This document shows positions 8,223 through 17,456 of a stretch of 64,000 nt of DNA, in pieces. Source of the DNA: an uncultured virus (IMG/VR IMGVR_UViG_3300024270_000031) (Duplodnaviria > Heunggongvirae > Uroviricota > Caudoviricetes); the IMG/VR virus record IMGVR_UViG_3300024270_000031, positions 62,001 through 126,000 of that record; one strand, 5' to 3'. Under the pieces are notes generated by a model. That model was not told where the DNA came from. It did not search any database and saw only the letters and a program-made list of their open reading frames with translations. How positions within the stretch are numbered: position 1 is the first letter of the stretch; every line of letters begins with the position of its first letter. Made by a program: the position numbers and the translations under genes.

Positions 8223-10071
8223 AAAAGTAGTAATACACAATTTTGGTAGCTACGGGCATGTAGAGCTTGAGCTTCAAAATCGTGGGTTTTGTTTAGTTTC
8301 TGGACAAAACAATTTTATAAAAGACAATGCTCTATCAAATGGTTCAGGAAAGAGCTTCTTATGGAGTGCAATCTGTTATGCTTTAACTGGTGAAACTATT
8401 AATGGTATTAAAACAAATCTTAAAAACATTCACACAGATGAACCTGACTGCTATATTCAGCTAGAATTTTTATATAATAAAGATTTGTATAATTTGCTTA
8501 GAACGCTAGCACCAAAGTCAGATTTAAAAATTTTTAAGAATGATATTGACCTTAGTGGTAAGGGTATAAGAGAGTCAGAGAAAAAGCTGTCAGAGCTTTT
8601 GCCAGAGCTTTCAAAAGATCTTATTGCCTCTACAATCATTATTGGACAGGGTATGCCAAATAAGTTTTCCTCTTTTAGTCCGTCTGGACGAAAGGACTTG
8701 CTTGAAAGACTTACTAAATCTGATTTTATGATTGATGACCTTAAGACTCGTATCGCCGCCAGACAGCAAGAATTAAGTGATAAGATACGAGAGTTTGAAG
8801 ATAGCCTGCTAGCAAATAGAACACAGTTAAATAGCTACACAACAAACATCGATAGACTAAAAACTACTTTAGAAAATCAACATCGTCCTGATTTTGATTT
8901 ATTGCTTGCTTGCCATGATGTAAAGATAGCACAAGCAGAACAACAGAAGGCACAGCTTGATGTCTTGATTGCTTCAGCAGAGGCAGAACTTGAAGTTCTG
9001 AATACCAGACTTCTTGAGCTTACCAATGAAAAGGCCAAGGTAAGCAATGAAGAGCTTGCTGCTTATACTGCTTCTAGTACTGCCCTTACTACAAACAAAG
9101 CTAGACTTGAATTTGATATTAAGGCAATGCAAAAAGAAATTAAAAAGCTTCAGTCTATCATTGATACTTGTCCTACTTGTGGTCAGCACATTCCAAATGT
9201 ACAAAAGCCAGATACTGGCTACATGGAAAGAGACTTGGAGAAACTTTATAAAGCACTTGATGATTTGAATACAGAAGTCAGTCAGTGTGAAGCAAAACAC
9301 TCTGAGTATAAAACACAAATTGAAAATGCTTTTAAGGACGAGTTTGAGTCTTTGAATAAAACTATTGCATCAGAAAAGGCCGTGCTACAAAAAGCACGAA
9401 CTGACTACGCAAGCTGTATAGCGGCTCTCGAGCTTGAGCGAAATAACTATAATAAACTTGTTTATGATAAACAAAACTGGGATAGCTACGTTAAAAGACA
9501 GCAGGATGAAATTAGCTGTCTTGAGGCCGAAATTGCAAGGTTGACTAATATTATTTCACTCACAAGCTTATCAAAAGAAGACTTAGATCAGCGCCTCTTA
9601 ATTGTTAAGAAAATGGACCAGCTGACCAAACGAGATTTTCGTGGGTATTTACTTACAAATATTATTAACTATATTGATAATAAAGCAAAAGATTACTGTG
9701 CAACAGTTTTTGGTACACGAGAGCTTGTGCTTGAAATAAATGGCAATGCCCTTGATATTACATATTGTGGTAAATCATTTGATGGCCTGTCCGGCGGCGA
9801 AAAACAGAGAGTTGACCTAATCTTGCAGCTTGCTATAAGAGATCTTTTAAACTCCTATCTCGGACTAAGCGCAAATATTCTTGTACTCGATGAGATAACA
9901 GACTTCCTGGATAAGAAAAGTTGTCAAGCAGTAATGCAACTTCTTGAGAAAGAACTACAAACTGTCGAGTCAGTCTTTATTATTTCTCATCATGTTGATG
10001 AGCTGGAAATTCCAGTAGACTCGGAAATTAAAGTAATAAAAAATGAGCACGGCATCAGTGAACTGTGCTAA
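8209..10071 (+). CDS. sbcC: SbcC/Rad50/gp46-like recombination ATPase
   Basis: IHNFGSY, Walker A NGSGKS, coiled coil with CPTCGQ zinc hook, LSGGEKQR signature, LVLDE Walker B, IISH. Confidence 0.92.
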   Translation: MIQFKKVVIHNFGSYGHVELELQNRGFCLVSGQNNFIKDNALSNGSGKSFLWSAICYALTGETINGIKTNLKNIHTDEPDCYIQLEFLYNKDLYNLLRTLAPKSDLKIFKNDIDLSGKGIRESEKKLSELLPELSKDLIASTIIIGQGMPNKFSSFSPSGRKDLLERLTKSDFMIDDLKTRIAARQQELSDKIREFEDSLLANRTQLNSYTTNIDRLKTTLENQHRPDFDLLLACHDVKIAQAEQQKAQLDVLIASAEAELEVLNTRLLELTNEKAKVSNEELAAYTASSTALTTNKARLEFDIKAMQKEIKKLQSIIDTCPTCGQHIPNVQKPDTGYMERDLEKLYKALDDLNTEVSQCEAKHSEYKTQIENAFKDEFESLNKTIASEKAVLQKARTDYASCIAALELERNNYNKLVYDKQNWDSYVKRQQDEISCLEAEIARLTNIISLTSLSKEDLDQRLLIVKKMDQLTKRDFRGYLLTNIINYIDNKAKDYCATVFGTRELVLEINGNALDITYCGKSFDGLSGGEKQRVDLILQLAIRDLLNSYLGLSANILVLDEITDFLDKKSCQAVMQLLEKELQTVESVFIISHHVDELEIPVDSEIKVIKNEHGISELC

Positions 10072-10086
10072 AGTGAGGTATTATAA

Positions 10087-10905
10087 ATGTTATGGAAAAA
10101 ACCCAGTGGCATGAAGTTCACCGATATGTGTATCTTTATCGATGAAAACGTGCCGAAGATCGTTAACCCAGGAGAGCACCCAGAGCTAGAAAATACAATC
10201 TATAATTATTTGTGGCTGCTAGTTAAAGCTCTTGCAATTAAAAAGTGTATGTTCAAAGACTTCCAAGATTATGATATGTATGCTTTTTACTCAGCAAATC
10301 GATTATATCTAGCACTAAGAAAAAATCAACTAAATCAAGGTAAAACTATTAAAGGTAAACTAATTCGACCGATTAAATCTTGCTTAAATTATACTAAGGC
10401 ACTGCTCTACCCCATGAAGATTGAGTACCAGCGAGAAAGCTTTAGAGAGATTATTGAAGAAGAGTTTGTATCCACTAAGTTTGATGCTATCGCATACAAA
10501 GAACAGCTAAAGAGTCAAGCAAGAGCTGACTCAGGTGTAACAGACCAATTTAAAGAATACGTTACTACAGCTTTAAAGCATAGTGATGCAATCTTGGAAG
10601 AAGTTTTACAGAAGTCACCTTTTAATAGTACTACTCCTGAGTATCAAAATTTAAAGATCTCTATTTTACTTACAAGTCTACAGGTGCTAAAAAACAAGAA
10701 AAAGCTAAATGCAACACCTCAGAGTGTTATTTTATGGCATTTACCTAAGAGCATGTCAAGTTATACTAAAGTGCTTTTAAAAGAATTTTTTACAGCACTT
10801 AAGCTTGAAATTATCGATTGTTATAAAGAAGCAGACTTAAGTGATGATGTCTTAGAAAATATCTTAACAACCACTACGGAGGATTGGCATCTTAATGAAG
10901 ACTAA
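10087..10905 (+). CDS. Candidate late-transcription sigma factor (T4 gp55-like region 2)
   Basis: IYNYLWLLVKALAIKKCMFKDFQDY...KSCLNYTKALLY...EYQRE loosely follows the gp55/sigma region-2 pattern; adjacent to gp46/47 homologs as in T4-like phages. Judged by eye only. Confidence 0.35.
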   Translation: MLWKKPSGMKFTDMCIFIDENVPKIVNPGEHPELENTIYNYLWLLVKALAIKKCMFKDFQDYDMYAFYSANRLYLALRKNQLNQGKTIKGKLIRPIKSCLNYTKALLYPMKIEYQRESFREIIEEEFVSTKFDAIAYKEQLKSQARADSGVTDQFKEYVTTALKHSDAILEEVLQKSPFNSTTPEYQNLKISILLTSLQVLKNKKKLNATPQSVILWHLPKSMSSYTKVLLKEFFTALKLEIIDCYKEADLSDDVLENILTTTTEDWHLNED

Positions 10906-11290
10906 TATTAAAAAGAATTTAAATAACCTACATCTGTCGGATATCTATTCTTTAATGCTGTTTATTCTGTTTAAGGTACAAGAAATACCTGAATATGCTG
11001 TTACTAGTGAATTATGTTATCTACTTGATGGCGCAAATATGACACGCCTGCTAACTTACTTTGCAGGTAGAACGGTCACATTTCCTACGGAATCGGAAAT
11101 GACTATAGTAACAAACGCGTTGTTAATGTATCAGTACATAAATATTGACGGAGAAACCTTTACTGCGGCCCAAAATAAACTTGGTAAGCTTACCAATAAA
11201 GAAAAAGATGAAGTAACTGAGCTATATGTAAAGTTAATTCCTATAATGAAACAATATAATATTGATAGGAGTCAAATTCAAAAAAGCTAA
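10895..11290 (+). CDS. Mor/C-like transcription regulator (putative)
   Basis: LLDGANMTRLLTYFAGRTVTFPT resembles the Mor dimerisation motif (L...FGG..IYIP). Confidence 0.45.
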   Translation: MKTNIKKNLNNLHLSDIYSLMLFILFKVQEIPEYAVTSELCYLLDGANMTRLLTYFAGRTVTFPTESEMTIVTNALLMYQYINIDGETFTAAQNKLGKLTNKEKDEVTELYVKLIPIMKQYNIDRSQIQKS

Positions 11291-11511
11291 TGGCAAAATT
11301 TGATAGAAATGCACGAACGTTTGAGACTAGAGTTAATTTTATCCACGATATTTTTGCAAATAAGCATACGCCAACAGAAATAATGGCACACAGCATTAAA
11401 TATAAACTAGATAAATCCTATGAGATTTATTTATCAGATATTTTAAAAAGTATCTGGAACCTAAATGGGCAAGACCCAATGAAAATCCTAAAGCGTATTG
11501 ATAGCAACTGA
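11290..11511 (+). CDS. Hypothetical protein
   Basis: Translationally coupled ORF (TAATG overlap). Confidence 0.6.
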   Translation: MAKFDRNARTFETRVNFIHDIFANKHTPTEIMAHSIKYKLDKSYEIYLSDILKSIWNLNGQDPMKILKRIDSN

Positions 11512-11524
11512 AAGGAATAAAGTT

Positions 11525-11854
11525 ATGTCAACACAAATAAATATTGTAAGTGATGTAGGAACACTACTTAAAATTCCTACTAAAGTTACTACCGAGTTAA
11601 CTGATAAAGCCTGTTTGTGTATCGGTAGTGCAATTAATGAAGCAAAGCGCAATGGAGAAGAGTGCTTGACTATTGGCATTGGAATCGGCACACTTAGCAT
11701 TAACTTGATCGATATGCAGTGTAAGTTTGTACCTGGAAAAAACCTTAAAACTGCAATTAAATCTGCTGTGACTAACCAGACTGACCCGCTTGAGATTATG
11801 CTGGAGCAGGCCTTTGCGGATAGACTTCTCGCAATCTGTGATGAGGTGATTTAA
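11525..11854 (+). CDS. HU/IHF-like protein with truncated beta-arms
   Basis: IGSAINEAKRNGEECLTIGIGIGTLSI...KFVPGKNLKTAI matches HU (AL..GE.V.I.GFGTF...F.PGK.LK.AV); ATG at 11525 after GAAAGGA. Confidence 0.5.
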   Translation: MSTQINIVSDVGTLLKIPTKVTTELTDKACLCIGSAINEAKRNGEECLTIGIGIGTLSINLIDMQCKFVPGKNLKTAIKSAVTNQTDPLEIMLEQAFADRLLAICDEVI

Positions 11855-11855
11855 T

Positions 11856-12419
11856 ATGTCAAATGACTACCCAGTAGAAACCAATGATACTGAAACTGGT
11901 ATTGTACCAGTTAGTTCTAGGGTTAAACTTAATGAGGAGTCTATGGCATTAATTGAACAGATTGTTTCTGAAACTGATGAGCAGCGAGCTAGAGACCTAA
12001 CACAGCTATTTAATGCAAACCAGAATAAAAAAACTATGGTAAGAGTTAACAAGCTGAGTGACCTGCTAGATACGATCACAGACCAGGCAGTTACAAGATT
12101 TACTACCAGGCCGGATGAAATTTCAAATAAAGAACTTTTCGACGGTCTAAAGATAGTGCAAGATCTTATTGAACGCGGTCAAAAACAGGTTTCTGGCTCC
12201 GGAGAAACTCCTCTAATTCAAGTAAATCAGCAGACCAACGAAGTCAATATTGGTGGTGCTGGAAATAACTTAAATAGAGACTCAAGAGAACGTGTTAAGT
12301 CTGCTGTAATGAGTCTATTAAGTAGCATATCTAATGCATCAACTGCTGAAGCACAACCTGCTGAGTACACTGAAGTTGAAGCAGAAGAAATAATAAGTGA
12401 GGAAACAGACGATGAATAA
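11856..12419 (+). CDS. Hypothetical helical protein, possible terminase small subunit
   Basis: Helical core followed by a QVNQQTNEVNIG beta-like segment and an acidic tail, like T4-type gp16; weak. Confidence 0.3.
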   Translation: MSNDYPVETNDTETGIVPVSSRVKLNEESMALIEQIVSETDEQRARDLTQLFNANQNKKTMVRVNKLSDLLDTITDQAVTRFTTRPDEISNKELFDGLKIVQDLIERGQKQVSGSGETPLIQVNQQTNEVNIGGAGNNLNRDSRERVKSAVMSLLSSISNASTAEAQPAEYTEVEAEEIISEETDDE

Positions 12420-12714
12420 TCCGTTAAAAAATATTTTAGCCAGACTTGGCATCGAAGAAACCGGCAAGTATGATAATCGCTTTTATATTATTAATATCGA
12501 AAATAGTGATGAGTATGCAAAAATGTACACCAAGCTAAGTAAGAATGCAATTAACACTGAATTTCCTACTTTTGGTACAAATACTAGCAACTCTACCGTA
12601 AAAGTTACGAATTATTTTGAGCTCGAAGAAGATAATGAAAAGTATACTCTTTTCTTGATTGCTGACTTCGATAATGATAAATATTATTTAAAAATCGGAG
12701 GTTTTACCAACTAA
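12412..12714 (+). CDS. Hypothetical protein
   Basis: ORF within the operon, GAGG RBS. Confidence 0.6.
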   Translation: MNNPLKNILARLGIEETGKYDNRFYIINIENSDEYAKMYTKLSKNAINTEFPTFGTNTSNSTVKVTNYFELEEDNEKYTLFLIADFDNDKYYLKIGGFTN

Positions 12715-13073
12715 TGATTTTTGAATACTCCGCACAAAGAACTTTTAACGATTCAATTGATGTAGTAGATATTGGTAATACTGCATTGAGATGCACAAAT
12801 GTAAAACTCGATGACTATTACATTATCCTAAGAACAATTATGGGCAAAACTTCTATTATTAAGTTTGGCCCGGTCTGTCCAGATATCGAAGTACTTATAA
12901 ATGACTTTTCAGTTACCTATAAAAAAATGGACTATAAAGAAGCAGGTATTTGTAAAGAAATTGACAAGTTTATAAACGACTTCAGAAAAGAAATTAATTC
13001 AATAGAAGAAATCACCGAATACGAAGCATGGCAAGCTTTTCCAGCTGTGCAACAGTACTTTGAAAATGCTTAA
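12714..13073 (+). CDS. Hypothetical protein
   Basis: TAATG-coupled ORF with GGAGG RBS. Confidence 0.65.
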   Translation: MIFEYSAQRTFNDSIDVVDIGNTALRCTNVKLDDYYIILRTIMGKTSIIKFGPVCPDIEVLINDFSVTYKKMDYKEAGICKEIDKFINDFRKEINSIEEITEYEAWQAFPAVQQYFENA

Positions 13074-13082
13074 GAGGTATTT

Positions 13083-13451
13083 ATGGCACTAAAAGATGTA
13101 AAGAATTATTTTTATACGATGCTTTGTCAGTATATTGAAGAAAAACAGAATTTAGCTGACTTCGAAGAAGCACTAAAAGAAGGGCATATTACTGAAGACC
13201 AAATGCAAGAAGCTATAGAGATTGTCGCAGGGCTAGAAGAAAATTATCATAGGCTTGTTTACATTATGTATCTTCTAAATATGCCTAACCGTAAATCTAA
13301 AAAAGAAGCTTATGTAAAACAGCACAAAGAAATTCTTGATGAACTAACAAGACTTGGTGCAGATATTGACTCAGTTAAAGCAGAAAACTCAGACATGCTT
13401 ATCCACTTTAAAGCAGCTCTTGAGTCTCTTAAAAACAAAAGCGAGCACTAA
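13083..13451 (+). CDS. Hypothetical protein
   Basis: ORF with GAGG RBS, followed by a terminator. Confidence 0.65.
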   Translation: MALKDVKNYFYTMLCQYIEEKQNLADFEEALKEGHITEDQMQEAIEIVAGLEENYHRLVYIMYLLNMPNRKSKKEAYVKQHKEILDELTRLGADIDSVKAENSDMLIHFKAALESLKNKSEH

Positions 13452-13463
13452 GCTCGCTTTTTT
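13437..13463 (+). terminator. Intrinsic terminator
   Basis: AAAAGCGAGC-ACTAA-GCTCGCTTTTTT. Confidence 0.75.
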
Positions 13464-13475
13464 CGGCTATTAAGT

Positions 13476-13496
13476 TATTAATTTATTAATTTAATA
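13476..13496. promoter_or_regulatory. 21-bp operator-like repeat TATTAATTTATTAATTTAATA (copy 1 of 3)
   Basis: Identical copies at 13476-13496 (+), 52626-52646 (+) and 58438-58458 (-), all intergenic and upstream of a promoter motif. Confidence 0.5.
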
Positions 13497-13571
13497 GATT
13501 TAAAATTATTAAAATTGGCTAAATTTAATGTATAATATATTGTATATTTAGATTTATAAGGAGATATTTAA

Positions 13572-14360
13572 ATGGAAACAATTATTACTGATGCTGAAGT
13601 ACTTAGCACACCAGTAGAACCTTTAACATTTTTAACAGAAGAAGGTCCTAAAACTGAGGAAGGCACTGAGATTATCAGCAAGATCAAAGAAGTTCTTAAT
13701 GCGAATCCAGATCTTATTGCACTTTCTGCTCCTCAGATTGGTATTAATAAGCGTATCTTTTGTTTAAGATTTAATGACCAGATTAAGACTTTTATTAACC
13801 CTATTATCACGAAAAAGAAGGGCCTCAACATTGTTATCGAAACCTGTGCATCAATGCCTGGCAAAGAGATTGTAATCGGTAGACCTGAAGAAATTACTGT
13901 TGTTTATTACAATGATGATTTTAAGTACGAAGATAACAAGCTTATAGGCATTGCGGCAAGCATGTTTGATCAACAGGCTCAAATTATTGACGGAGTTCTT
14001 CCTAGTGCGCTTGGCCTTGTTTCTGACATTGAAGAAGATGGCAAGATCGAAGAGTCAGACCTTGCTGAGATTATTCCTTTCTACAAAGATACCTTCTTAC
14101 CTGCGCGTATCGAAAGTTTAAAGACTGTTATCGAATCAGACGATGTTGCTGCTAAGCAGTTTAGAAATCTCAAGTTTACTGAAAATGTTATCAATGGTCG
14201 TATTACAGTAGTAGAGTCTGAGCACGAGACAGACCGACATGCAAAGGCAAATAAGGCAGCTAACAAAGCTATTGCGACGGCAGGTGCCTCTGAAAAGGCC
14301 AGACAAAGAGCCGAGTTTAAAAACTTTGTGTCAAAAGTACACAAAAAGTCTCATAAGTGA
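13572..14360 (+). CDS. Peptide-deformylase-like protein, catalytically degenerate, with C-terminal extension
   Basis: LSAPQIGINKRIF, FINPII, ETCASMPG and RPEEITV match PDF, but the HExxH motif is replaced by DQQAQ. Confidence 0.75.
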   Translation: METIITDAEVLSTPVEPLTFLTEEGPKTEEGTEIISKIKEVLNANPDLIALSAPQIGINKRIFCLRFNDQIKTFINPIITKKKGLNIVIETCASMPGKEIVIGRPEEITVVYYNDDFKYEDNKLIGIAASMFDQQAQIIDGVLPSALGLVSDIEEDGKIEESDLAEIIPFYKDTFLPARIESLKTVIESDDVAAKQFRNLKFTENVINGRITVVESEHETDRHAKANKAANKAIATAGASEKARQRAEFKNFVSKVHKKSHK

Positions 14361-14371
14361 GGAATAAAATA

Positions 14372-14539
14372 ATGGCAAAGAAGATGATAAGCTTAGAAAT
14401 ATCTGACGAATTACGAGAAGAGCTTAGATTAGAAGCTTTCAAACGTTCAGTTAGTATTTCTGCTGTTATTAGACAACTCTTAGAAGAAAGTTTACATAAG
14501 GAGAGATCTAATGAGCAGCAAAGTGAAAACAAACAATGA
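14372..14539 (+). CDS. Ribbon-helix-helix (CopG/Arc-like) DNA-binding protein
   Basis: KMISLEISDELREELRLEAFKRSVSISAVIRQLLEE is a typical RHH pattern. Confidence 0.75.
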   Translation: MAKKMISLEISDELREELRLEAFKRSVSISAVIRQLLEESLHKERSNEQQSENKQ

Positions 14540-16379
14540 AAGGATACTTGTAATAGTCGAATCGCCTAATAAGGTAAAAACTATCTCAGGAATACTGAAA
14601 AAGGCTGGTTATGCAAAAGCAGTAGTAATGGCCTCTGTCGGTCACATTATGAAACTTGGCGATGGTGGACCTGCTTATAATTCAGGCATATATCCAAAGC
14701 AAAAATTTAGAATGAATCTGGCTATTGCTGATGATAAGCAAAAAGTAGTAGCAGATATTATCGCACAGGCAAAAATTGCAGATAAAATTTATATTGGAAC
14801 CGACCAAGATAGAGAAGGCTTTGTAATTGGGTGGAGCTTAATTAAATTTTGTGAACTGCCTGTTGACAAGTGCTTTAGGATCGTTATGCATGAAATAACA
14901 CCTAAAGCAGTTGTATATGCATTAGAAAATCCTGTACCTTTTGATGATAATATCGTAAATGCTGGGCTAACCAGAATGATGATAGATAAACTTATTGGCT
15001 ACGGTCTTAGTCCTTTAGCGAAAAAGTATCTTGGTGCTAAGTCAGTTGGGCGGTGTCAGTCCGTTGGACTTAAACTTGTTTCAGACAGAGAAAAAGAAAT
15101 TATGGATTTTGTACCAGAAATGTATTTTAATCTATATTTAAACTTTATAAAAAATGGTACAGCTTTTAAAGCAAAATATGCTGGGTATAATGACGAGGTT
15201 ATTGATAAATTTTCAAGGCAAGCTGACGTTGATGCGGTTATAAACAACTGCAAAGGTGGTGCTTATATAATTGAAGATACCAAAGTGGTTAAGCACCAAG
15301 AGTCTCCAAAACCGCCGTTTTGTACTGCTACTTTTCAACAGGAGGCAGCGAATAAGCTCGGTCTTAAAGTAAAAGATGCTATGAGCTGTGCGCAAAAACT
15401 CTTTGAAGGAATTAGTCTAGCTGGCGAACACATTGGTTTGATTACGTATATGCGTACAGACTCTACGGAATTTGCACAAGAATTTATTCCAGAACTAAAA
15501 ACTTTTATAGAAAATACTTACGGCGCAGCCAGTTATGTAGGGCCAAGAAAGTCTAAACAAAAAGAAACAGACCAAGATGGGCACGAAGCCCTTAGAGTCA
15601 CAAACCCGAATCTGACTCCAGATATTGTAGAGGCTACCACTGGCAATGAACTACTTGCAAAAGTTTATAGGCTAATATGGCAACGTACTGTTGCTTCAGC
15701 AATGCCAAATGCAGTTATTTCAGAAACAATTTATATAATTAATAATAACGGGCATAAATTTACGCTTAGCTCAAAAGAGCTTTTAAGTGCTGGTTATAAA
15801 GCAGTATATGAATACGATGATACTTCTGACATAGCTTCTACGCCTATATTTACCGTTGGCGAAACCTTGGAAGATGCTGAGCTTGAGGCAGCTAAAAAAT
15901 TTACACAACCTAAGCCTAGGTATACAGAGGCAAGTTTAGTTAAAGAGCTTCAGAATAGAAGTATCGGCCGACCATCTACTTATGTAACAATAGTAGAAAC
16001 AATTTTAAGCCCAACAAGAGGTTACGCAAAGTTGGAAGAAAAGCACATTGTTCCTACTGATCGTGGTATGCAATTAGCTGACTACTGTAATAGGTCATTC
16101 CCTACTTTAATAAATTTAAATTATACTAAAGAAATGGAAGAAAGCCTTGATAAAATTGCCGGCGGTAAAATTCTTTGGCTTGACTTTATGGAAAATTTCT
16201 ATAAAAATTTACAAGATATTATTGGAGCCACTAATGAAACCGGTATTGCTCCAGAGATGCCAGAGAAAGAGTGCCCAAATTGCGGCAAACCTATGGTAGT
16301 TAGAAGAAGCAGATTTGGAAAACTATTCTATGGTTGCTCTGCCTACCCTAAATGCAGAGGAATTATCAGTATTGATTAG
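14511..16379 (+). CDS. topA: Type IA DNA topoisomerase
   Basis: VIVESPNK, SVGHI, TDQDREG (TOPRIM), SVGRCQS, LITYMRTDS (catalytic Tyr), GRPSTY and a C-terminal Zn ribbon. Confidence 0.95.
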   Translation: MSSKVKTNNERILVIVESPNKVKTISGILKKAGYAKAVVMASVGHIMKLGDGGPAYNSGIYPKQKFRMNLAIADDKQKVVADIIAQAKIADKIYIGTDQDREGFVIGWSLIKFCELPVDKCFRIVMHEITPKAVVYALENPVPFDDNIVNAGLTRMMIDKLIGYGLSPLAKKYLGAKSVGRCQSVGLKLVSDREKEIMDFVPEMYFNLYLNFIKNGTAFKAKYAGYNDEVIDKFSRQADVDAVINNCKGGAYIIEDTKVVKHQESPKPPFCTATFQQEAANKLGLKVKDAMSCAQKLFEGISLAGEHIGLITYMRTDSTEFAQEFIPELKTFIENTYGAASYVGPRKSKQKETDQDGHEALRVTNPNLTPDIVEATTGNELLAKVYRLIWQRTVASAMPNAVISETIYIINNNGHKFTLSSKELLSAGYKAVYEYDDTSDIASTPIFTVGETLEDAELEAAKKFTQPKPRYTEASLVKELQNRSIGRPSTYVTIVETILSPTRGYAKLEEKHIVPTDRGMQLADYCNRSFPTLINLNYTKEMEESLDKIAGGKILWLDFMENFYKNLQDIIGATNETGIAPEMPEKECPNCGKPMVVRRSRFGKLFYGCSAYPKCRGIISID

Positions 16380-16387
16380 TAATTAAT

Positions 16388-16397
16388 TGCTAAATTA
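16388..16397 (+). promoter_or_regulatory. Late promoter motif TGCTAAATTA (representative copy)
   Basis: Intergenic copies at 16388, 22259, 24633, 30276, 30778, 34218, 39781, 42286, 54972, 56413 and 61421, each followed by WWY-purine; precedes the head, neck, sheath and tail operons. Confidence 0.8.
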
Positions 16398-16441
16398 ATT
16401 GATAATTTAATAATTACAAAAATAAATAAAGGAGAGTTATT

Positions 16442-17443
16442 ATGGCTCGTATTTTTACTACACCTGAGTCAGAGCAGAAAGCAAAACTTGTAATGCATGA
16501 CTTGACTCTGGCAGGTGGAATTAGAACAAGTAACCAAAGAAGCGGCGGTTCTACTAATTTCTCAAGCAGCTTTATTGGTGCAGCACAGCAAATTTGTACA
16601 GAGCTTGTTGAACGTGAGTTTAAAGATGTTGATGCAGCTATTAAAAATGTCTCGTATTATGGCTTTGAGCCTATGAATGGAGGACGTTACTTCCGCTATA
16701 AGCCTGAAGCTATCGCTAAAGCTGTGGTTTATATGGCAGAATGTGTTGGCTTGTATTGGGATGATACTATTAGAACTCCTTATGAGATAACAGAATTTAA
16801 GAAAACACTTTTAGGTGAAGCTGTTTATAAGTATGGCAGATATATTTCAGCGCTTTCTGGTAAGACTGCACAGAGCTCTGCCACAGCTTCTACTGGTGGT
16901 GCTCAGGTTGCACCTTCTGCGCCTCAAAATAATTATAAGCAGTCTGGTCCTCAGTCCGGTAATGTTAGAGACCTACAAGGTAATCCAGGTGATAAGGTGA
17001 CCGCAGATACTAGCCTTATTTATAAAATTATTGCTGATAAGGTAGGTAAAAACACTCCTAATGTGTTTATTAAGCCTCTAAGTTCTTCTGGTGCAACCGG
17101 AAATACTAATAAGATTTTTATCAGTAGCGGTAACGGTTATACAGACTGTACATGCTATTTTGATGACCCTAATGAGGCTCAGACTTTCTTAGATAAGATT
17201 GTAGCAGCTAACCGTGTGCCTGCTAATATTAATAATCTACGTGTCGTTAAAATGAAGGCAGACCCAAATGGCTATTTCCTTGTTGGTACTGAATTTGGTG
17301 TAGTAGCCGTTAGTGCTAAAACCTTAAATGAAGCACTTAATGAAGGTGTTACTGAAGACCTTTCTGGCGGCTGGAAAAAGGCTACAGAAGGCTGTAGCAA
17401 GGAAGAACTAGATGAGCTGCACACTTGGATGCGCAAAGATTAA
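16442..17443 (+). CDS. Late hypothetical protein (candidate head-packaged protein)
   Basis: First gene after the late motif; C-terminal TLNEALNEGVTED cluster of x-x-E motifs. Confidence 0.7.
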   Translation: MARIFTTPESEQKAKLVMHDLTLAGGIRTSNQRSGGSTNFSSSFIGAAQQICTELVEREFKDVDAAIKNVSYYGFEPMNGGRYFRYKPEAIAKAVVYMAECVGLYWDDTIRTPYEITEFKKTLLGEAVYKYGRYISALSGKTAQSSATASTGGAQVAPSAPQNNYKQSGPQSGNVRDLQGNPGDKVTADTSLIYKIIADKVGKNTPNVFIKPLSSSGATGNTNKIFISSGNGYTDCTCYFDDPNEAQTFLDKIVAANRVPANINNLRVVKMKADPNGYFLVGTEFGVVAVSAKTLNEALNEGVTEDLSGGWKKATEGCSKEELDELHTWMRKD

Positions 17444-17456
17444 TAGGAGGATAACA

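Noticed and set aside
13517..13526. GGCTAAATTT near-matches to the late motif (also 59111)
   Set aside because: They differ at conserved positions; one lies beside an early-type box and the other inside an inverted repeat, so they were not counted.
16377..16382. Possible stop-codon reassignment (TAG is rare as a stop; topA ends TAG TAA)
   Set aside because: Structural and replication genes translate full length in the standard code with no in-frame TAG/TGA breaks.
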